DNA of 64,000 nt from NCBI RefSeq assembly GCF_009914755.1, contig NC_060930.1. One strand, written 5' to 3'. The notes beneath the pieces were generated by a model that worked only from the letters and a program-made list of their open reading frames with translations, searched no databases and was not told the origin of the DNA. The DNA is from the human T2T-CHM13v2.0 reference genome, Homo sapiens. Positions within the stretch are counted from its first letter, which is position 1, and the number at the start of each line of letters is the position of its first letter. Position numbers and translations under genes: made by a program. This document shows, piece after piece, positions 55,791-64,000 of the stretch.

Positions 55791-57619
55791 CTTCTCACCC
55801 CCGCACCTGCCTTGGAACTTACCTTTCTCATAGCTGTCCCACTGTTAGAATGCGTTAGAATGCAGACATGACTGCAGGCTCTTTGACTGCTCCCCCTTCA
55901 TCCACATCTGCCACTCACAACCTGAGCCCTAGAAGGAAAAAAATTTCTATAACCCTTGTCATAGCATCCAGCTTTCCTAAATTACCACATTACCAGTTTT
56001 GGAACATATAATTTTGTTGGTCCTGAAAAACAGCTAATTTTCAAATGCTTCAAAGTCTCTGATTTTATCATTCACCTGCTCATTTTTTCTCTTTGTGTTG
56101 AAACTTTGTTATATGTTTTGCTACCTCCCCCTTGACCCAATGTCTCCTTTGTATTCTTCCTTCAAAACCATTCCATCATGCTACCTGGAACAACTGTTCA
56201 ATAATAATAAATTAATCTATATTATTAACTTCCACCTTTTCCCTTAGCCCTGAAGCTTGACTCTCCCCTGGGTATCTTACTTCTCCTTAAGCCCTTCCTA
56301 TTGGAGACTGTTTATTATTTTCAATTTTATAATCTCAGAGTAGTAGAGGGGGGCACATTCCCTTCATGCCCCCATATGCCACCTGTACAATATTTTTCCA
56401 CCCTCTTATACTCACTTCCGCTCCTTTGAGCACTCTGGCTATACCATCCTCTACCGTTTCTCATTTCTATCATCAATGCTGAGGGTTTAGCACCTGAACA
56501 AACCCCTCTTGTTCTGAACACTCTAGTAATTGGTGTACAGTCATCTTCTCCCATCCTTCTTCTGTCCTAAATCTGGTGCCTTCCTATGTACATCCAATAT
56601 CGTGACCTCTCACTTACCATGTGGTCGTGTGTGTTTTTTTGAATTCCCAAATGTATTCAGAAGAGAACCTAGTTAAAGAAGCACAGACTCAGAAGTATAT
56701 AGAGCTGAAAAGCTCATTATAGACTAAGAATTCTCTCTTGGTTTCTTAACACAGATAGGCTAATAATTCAGCTTTCCATTGATCAGAATTTGTGTTGCTT
56801 GGTTTAACTTAGACAATCGTTTACTGCTAGTATCAAAATATTTGAGAATATTGTTGCATAAGCATCTGTGTAGAATCAAGAAGTTCCACACAAGGCATGA
56901 AAGTGGTTATACATGTCTAGCTCCTGAGGCGGTGAGGTAAGAGGTTGAGTGGCTTTGTGACACTATGCCTGGCTGCTGCATTCATGGATTTTTGTGCCTT
57001 GTTTGCTCGTGTTCCTATTTAATTTTTTAATTAGTATGTTGAGGGAGGCAGATGTTGAGTAAATGCTGTTTTGTAAATTTTTAATTAGGATTTTTAAAAA
57101 TTGAAATACCTTTTTTTGATTTTTGTTTAGCTCTAAATGTTTTGTTTTATATTATTTTCCCTATTTTAGTTGCAGCAAAGATTTCTGCATAAACTACTTC
57201 AAGATTTGCTTATCTGAATGAAAAGTTATCTTCCCTGAGACCAGATCCAGACCACCTTTTGATGATTTACTTACCTGACCATGTCGTTCCCTTGAGTTTC
57301 TTGTTATTATGATTATAATAAAGGGAGTACAAGCAATCTGGTCATTTTAACCTACTACCAGATGGATTAGATCACTGCGGGATATTGGCTTATTTACCCT
57401 ACAATGACTCATCACAGTTTAGGAGGAAGAAGACCAGCTTAGAGGTCAGGAGATTTACTTTTGTAGTTTTTGGTTAATTACTTTACTACCTGTCTCTGAT
57501 ATTATAGGTTAATGGCTTCTGGGGGGATTAATGAGATTAGAAACAGAGAGATGCCCAATCCTTATTTATTTTACAATTTTGCCTAGGAGTACCGTTCCCT
57601 AATCTTAATAAATTATAGT

Positions 57620-58400
57620 ATAAATACCTCCTTGATGCTAAGGAATATGCCAGGTCTGAGGAGATCAGGTTGAACTGAACAAGGTTCTAGCCCTTCAAGA
57701 GCACAGGATTAGTGTTGGATAGGTAAATAACTGCAAACACGATGTGATGAAAGCCACCATAGGAGTATGAATCAATTATAGATGTGTCCAGAGGTGGTTA
57801 TAAGTAATCTAATATCAGGAATGGTTTCTCTGTAGAGGTGATGCTATTGTTAGATCTTGAAAGATAACCACTAGTTTGCCACATAAAGGGGAAGGTGTTC
57901 TAGGAAGAGCAAAGAGACTCAAAGTGCAGCATATGTTTAGGGAACTAGAGTTAATTCAACATAATAGAATGTGGACACTAAGGGACAGTGACAGGAGATG
58001 TAGCTGGAAATTTGATAGGAAATAGATTTAGAAGTGCTTTGCCTATTATGTTAAATAGATTGGACTTGATTGAACGTTTCAAATTACAGGAAAAATGGAA
58101 TCTTATTTGTACAGTGGTGTACTGGCTGAAAGCCCATGTCCCTCAGAGCACATGTCTCTTCCTCCATTACAGAGAAGTAAAGGATATTAGAGGAAATATG
58201 GGGAGGGCTGGACTCAAGTTCTGAGTGGGTAAATTTTTAGATGGATTGACTCGGTGGTTGCCTTCTAAGAAGTAAGTCACATATGGATTAAAGAAGCATG
58301 ACTAATTTAGATTTGTTGAATTTGAGTTAGGGTGTGTGGAACTAAGGAGAAGTCAAGACTAAAGATATAAAGTGTGGGTTTAACTGTGGATAATTGAAGG
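57620..58400 (-). mobile_element. L2 fragments
   Basis: Purine-rich L2-like text (TCTTGAAAGATAA...GTTCTAGGAAGAG); boundaries approximate. Confidence 0.5.
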
Positions 58401-60229
58401 CCCTTCCTAGAAATTGCTGTACTTAAACACGAGTTATGTGTTAAAATATTTTAGGAATAAGTTTGCCATAAGAATCATGTGATTTAACTCTTAAATTATG
58501 TTTTTCCCCATTTTTTTGTGTTAGCACAAACTCGGTAAATAGCAAAATTCTATAAAATTATGGAAACTTTCAAAGTCATAATTTAAAAGGAACAGCCTTC
58601 TTCATTTTTTTTTGTAAATACTTAGACTATTTTTGCCAAAGATTTTAGTTCTGATGCTTTAGTTTTTCTGACAGCTACTCCAAAGATTCAAGGATAGAGT
58701 TTAAATGAAGGATACATTCAAGGGTATCCTTTAGGTAGGAACTAGCTCTGCTCTGATTTTTATTTAGCTATCATTGGAGAACATTCCGAAAAGTGTGTGT
58801 ATAGATTATGTAACCAGTCACTTAGGGCCCCTGACGCCTTGTTAACCTGGCCCTCTTGAGAGACAGTGAGCTGGGGGTGCACTGGGAACAGCTAGGTCAG
58901 ACGCAGCCCTGTTGCTTAGCAGTCCCCATGGATCAGTCATAAGGGGTTGTTGCTCAGCAACCAATGCTCTAGTGGTGCTTCATCCCCCATGGCATTTTGC
59001 AGTAGTGGGGGCTCACCCCCACCGGAGAAGTAGTACAGTCTGGCAGGGTGCCAAACATCCCCACAGGCATGAGGGTTCTTAGTAAGTATCTAACCTTAGA
59101 ATCAGAGAAGATAACTTATGTTCTCTGAACGTGCAAGTGATTTATGGAATTATTGATGTAGATTTAATTAAACATGAACTTGGGGCAGGGCAGGTAGTTC
59201 TGGCAGCTAGAGTTCTCATTTCAAATACTTTGATTTCAGTTTCTTTCTTCTTGAGGCTTATTTGCAAGGTGAGTTTTCTGGGTCAATGCAAAGTAATTTT
59301 TTATGCTGCATGGAATACGTAACTTTCCAATTAGCACTATTAAGCCAGAGCAAACATTTATGTTTGAGAAAACCCGCCAAGCAAATTCTTACTTTGGTCA
59401 TGTGGGCCTGAATGTCAGAGTATTTGATTTAATATCGATAAAAGAATTTGCCACTAATATTTGAGATATTCTTTGAATTTTCTTTCTGTGTAGAAAGGTC
59501 AGAAAATAACAATTCACAAGGATCACGTCTTATTTTATTTTTAATATTTAACACAGCACATAAATTACTCTTTAGGAGAGTTGACAAAAAGTTGAAACTA
59601 ATTAGCTCTTGTAAGGAAGACTGAGTTCTGCCAGTGTTGAGCAATGGGTTCTTCTTAAGATCCAGGCACATATTTTAAAGATCAAGACATAACATCATCA
59701 GTATGTTGAAGTAATGCACAGTTGCATCAAAGGCTAAAATGTGGAGTAGAGAAATGTGCCTTGTCAGATGTGAGAAATAATCTTGCCAGCTCTTTCCCTC
59801 CCACCACTTTTTTATTCAGTACTTCTGGCCTTGGGCTGTAACTGTTTGCCTACTGATTCAAAGGGTGAGGAGGCATGGCTCTGTTCTGTATACAAAAGGG
59901 AAGCCTCTTTGTTGGCTTTGAGATCTGTACTCTCTGTAGGATCTACATTATTAAAAAAATACTTAAAAACTTGAAAATTTCCCTCAAGCCTTGCACCCAG
60001 ACACTTTACACGCATACATATACACAAATATGTTGAAGATCATTCAATTCAAGTTATTTCTAAGGTATTACCTAAATAGTAATAGAACAATTAAGTTTTT
60101 TTCTAAGATATACTGAAAGCTACTTTTAAGAGTGATTTTTTTTTTTACTGTTTCTATCATATATTTCATTGGCAGGAGCAATCTGTTTATCTTTCTTGTG
60201 TAAGAGTATTAATAAATCTAAAACATATT

Positions 60230-60450
60230 AAACACAATATGTGCCAGGCATTATTCTTTGTGACAAGAATTCAGTATGTCATTTAAACCTCCTGACAACT
60301 CTATGTGGTAAATACTATTATTATAGATATTTTTACTTATAGGGAAGTCTAGACTGTTCCAGAAAGTTTAAGTAACTTGGCCAAGTGTACACAGTAAAGA
60401 TTTATAATCATTAAGTCTGTCTTCAGAATCCATGTTCTCAAACATGACAA
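60230..60450 (-). mobile_element. MIR
   Basis: TATGTGCCAGGCA...TTAAGTAACTTGGCCAAG. Confidence 0.7.
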
Positions 60451-60984
60451 TATATTGTAAGTACCAAATTATTTCAGGAGGGCAACTTAATCAAAATCCA
60501 AAGCAAACATGTTTGTAAGTTATAATGGTATGATGAAAGAATGCAAAAGGTTGAATATTACAAAATCATTTAGGTAACAAGTTTTGCTTATTTTATTCTT
60601 TGGGCCATAGTCCATAGCAGGAAACCTTTTTGATCAAGCTTCTTTATATCCATCACATTCTATGAACATGAAACATAAATTCAGGGGGCATATTAGCACT
60701 CTTGTTTCTCTCCAGTATAAGATGTGAAGACATATTGTCTTTGATATAAGATATAAAGGAAGAGGAAATCCTTAAAACTTAAAAGAAAACTTAGAGGTAA
60801 TGAACACGTCTATGAACTGCTTTTGAGTCAATTCTCCAAAAACATTCATATTTCTTAGAGCTTTGAGATATAAAGCAAAATATTAAGTATCAAGGAATGG
60901 TCATTTAATCATAAGAGAAAAATCATATAGAGGAGAAAATATATATAAAATCCAGATCAAAAGTCCAAGAATATTGTGAGGCAC

Positions 60985-61208
60985 CATGATGTGTAGTGGA
61001 TTAATTGTGGGCTTTAGAGTTGAACAGAGCTGAATTTGAATCCCAGCTCTGGGACTTATTAGCTGTGTGATCTTAGGGATGCATCTCACTATCTTTAAGC
61101 TTTGCAAAAGATCCACTCTGTGATAGACTAATTGCAATGATTAAGTGGACTAAAATGCAAGGTGTCTACTAAGGTTCATGATACAGAACAGGTGTTTATT
61201 AAATGTCA
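60985..61208 (+). mobile_element. MIR
   Basis: TTTGAATCCCAGCTCTG...TTATTAGCTGTGTGATCTTAGG. Confidence 0.7.
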
Positions 61209-61789
61209 AAATCCCTTTATCTCCTTTTCCTCCTGACAGTAGCAAAGTAAAAAGAGGTTTATCCTGGGGACCTGAAGTGTGAAAGGAGTTTCACAGTGGA
61301 ATTAATGGGTTAAAGTTTGTCAACATTTTTAAGACTTTGAGTCAACTTTACCAAACTACTATGTAAAAGCAGTTGCGCAATGCAGATGTTACCTTTTTAA
61401 TTAAGAAAACCTGATTTTACCTTGCCTATTAAAAATGTTTATGGTTTTGACTTGAATCTAAGAAGACAATTAGATGAGATGTTTAACTACTTGTATAAAC
61501 TGATACCTGAAAGATGAATATATCTCTAATTCTTCGTCATTTTTATCAGTTCCTTTTTATTCATTCTTCACCTGCTGAGGCTTTTAGTACTTGAATAAAA
61601 AATTTCAGATAAATTGGATTTTGGTCATTTCTGTATATTTTTAAATCAACTAGTCTAGTTCTAACCCTTCTTTCCACAAAAGTGGGTCTGTGTTTCCTCC
61701 ATTGTATCTACCACATGGTAGATAAAAAATTTGCCCATGAATGTATAAAGCAGGTTATTTGCAATTTTATGTAAATTAAAAAGCTATGG

Positions 61790-61960
61790 GGCCTGGCTTG
61801 GTGGCTCATGCCTTTAATCCCAAGACTTTGGTAAACCAAGTCAGGAGAATCGATTGAACCTGAGAGGCGGAGGTTGCAGTGAGCTGAGATTGCCCCACTG
61901 CACTCCAGCCTGGGCAACGGAAAGACTCTGTCTCCAAAAATAATAATAATAATAATTAAT
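61790..61960 (+). mobile_element. Alu monomer (FRAM-like or internally deleted Alu)
   Basis: Single arm with (TAA)n tail; TSD AAAAAGCTATG. Confidence 0.85.
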
Positions 61961-62085
61961 TAATTAATTAACTTTTTTTAAAAAGCTATGAAAATGTAGC
62001 AGTTGCCAAGGTTAGTTTAAAAACTGTCACAGTTGTAGAAATCAAGCATATATAATAGGGAAAGAAATAGACTACAGATTAGATT

Positions 62086-62405
62086 GGCCAGCTTCAGTGG
62101 CTCATACCTGTAATCCCAGCACTTTGGGAGGCCTAGGCAGGTGCTTAGCTTGAGCCCAGGAGTTTGAGACCAGCCTGGGCAACATGGACAAATTCCATCT
62201 CTACAAAAAATACAACAATTAGTCAGGTGTTGTGGCATGGGCCTGAAATTCCAGCTACTCAGGAGGCTGAGATGGGAGGATCACTTGAGCCCAGAAGGTC
62301 AAGCCTGCAGTGAGCCAGGATTGCATCACTGCACTTCAGCCTGGGTGACAGAGAGAGATCCAATTTCAAAATATAGATAGATAGATAGATAGATAGAGAT
62401 AGATT
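62086..62405 (+). mobile_element. AluJ with (TAGA)n tail
   Basis: AluJ diagnostics; TSD AGATTAGA. Confidence 0.9.
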
Positions 62406-63251
62406 AGAAGTCAATGAAATGAAAAATTAATAGTAGGTAAATCAGTTGAATACAATAATGCTAATTTTGTTGTGAACACTTACTAATCAATATACTTTAG
62501 TGGTTCATATTTTCACAACTGTATAAATTCATCCTTTTTGAACTTTATGGAGCAAAAGTGAGTGTAAAACACATTTGCAAATATTCTTTAAAGTTATTAT
62601 TTACCTTTTGCTAATACGAGTAAAGATTTATGAATTTCCATTCAATGATCACTTATTGAATACCTACAGTATATTGTCCTAAGTCCTGCAGATAGTTGAA
62701 TAAAACATTGCCATTCAAGATGTTCACACGCTCTGGGGAAGACTATCAAACACAGCTGTAACAGAAAGCATCAGAGAGTCATAAGAAGAATGATTTTGGG
62801 GCAGAGATTATGATTAATAACAATCTGGAACAATTCCTAAAGCTTCACAGAAGATGCGGCATTTGAGTTGGGCCATTAAGGATGGCCCACAGCCTTCCAG
62901 GAAGAGCAAAAGGAAATGTGCATTCTGGACAGATGAAGCAGAATGTTTTTTGTGTGGTCTATTTGTGTTAATCTTTTGCTATTTATTGCTAGCCCTATGT
63001 GGCCAAGGGATCCAAACAACCACATTTTATCACCACTTGTACAAGTTCTCATACAAAGGAAGCACTCAGTAAATATTGTTTTTTAATATATGAATGAATG
63101 AACGAATGAACACACAGATCCTTCTTAATATGAGATGATAACTTTCAAATAAAAATTATACCACATTGAGAGTTGTTTTTCTTTACCTGATAACAGCTAT
63201 GCAATTCAAAGGACAATTTAAATTTTCTAAACTCTGAGTAACAATCATCTC

Positions 63252-63563
63252 GGCCGGGCGCGGTGGCTCACGCCTGTAATCCCAGCACTTTGGGAGGCCG
63301 AGGTGGGTGGATCACGAGGTCAGGAGATTGAGACCATCCTGGTTAACACGGTGAAACCCCGTCTCTACTAAAAAAAAAAAAAAAAAAAAAATTAGCTGGG
63401 CGTGCTGGCGGGCGCCTGTAGTCCCAGCTACTCAGGAGACTGAGGCAGGAAAACGGCGTGAACCCGGGAGGCGGAGCTTGCAGTGAGCCGAGATTGTGCC
63501 TACTGCACTCCAGCCTGGGCGACAGAGTTAGACTCCGTCTCCAAAAAAAAAAAAGAAAAAAAA
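63252..63563 (+). mobile_element. AluY
   Basis: CpG-rich, AluY diagnostics, pure-A linker, TSD AATCATCTC. Confidence 0.94.
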
Positions 63564-64000
63564 ATCATCTCACCAAATTTTAACTCCTGTGGGTTTTAGT
63601 CCTAGCACTCTGCTCTTCTCTTTCTATAATTAATTTCTACACTTTTGTTGGCTTGTTTAAATGCATGAGTTCAAATGTATCACTTCATAAGTTACTCCCT
63701 GATTTACTCCCCTGGATTTGATCAATTGAGTGTATTTACTGTTAATATTGTTTCCCATCTGCCTGTTGGATAAGCCCTTCTTGGTTGAATCACACTCACT
63801 GAATACCTGAATGTCTTAATTTGAACTCATCATGTTCCTTCCAACTTTTCTTGCCAATTCTTCCTTTTCTGGATAATTCCTGGGGTGTATCTGACTCTTT
63901 TTTCTCCCTACCCAAATCAACAATCAACCCTGGCATAAATTCTTTTGACATCTTTCACATTTGTCAGCTTTTAGTCACAAACTAAAACACTTGGCTTATT

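Noticed and set aside
55844-55863. GTTAGAATGC twice and similar 10-16 bp doublets (e.g. ~46161, ~49607, ~51142)
   Set aside because: Ordinary slippage micro-duplications at background frequency.

Overview
Primate (human-like) genomic DNA: AT-rich, dense in transposable elements, with no convincing host protein-coding exon. The main host landmark is a CpG-island promoter at ~46.3-47.65 kb with a non-coding first exon (+ strand, donor after 46834). There is also a well-formed 87-nt internal exon at 22224-22310. From memory these resemble the 5' untranslated exons of PKIB (cAMP-dependent protein kinase inhibitor beta); this is unverified recall and needs a BLAT search. The rest is mostly TE fossils: two divergent L1PB-type elements, a 5'-inverted L1PA, a near-complete decayed HERV-L/MLT2A provirus (gag, protease, RT, integrase, dUTPase), solo LTRs (LTR16-like, THE1, MER41, MLT1), many Alus, Tigger2a, MADE1, MER5A, L2 and MIR. 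The longer ORFs are TE-derived or GC-richness artefacts. I found no evidence of a genuinely new biological system. The best leads are local tandem duplications, TE-borne regulatory motifs and alternative 5'-UTR/uORF architecture. TE subfamily names come from recalled consensus sequences, and many boundaries are approximate.
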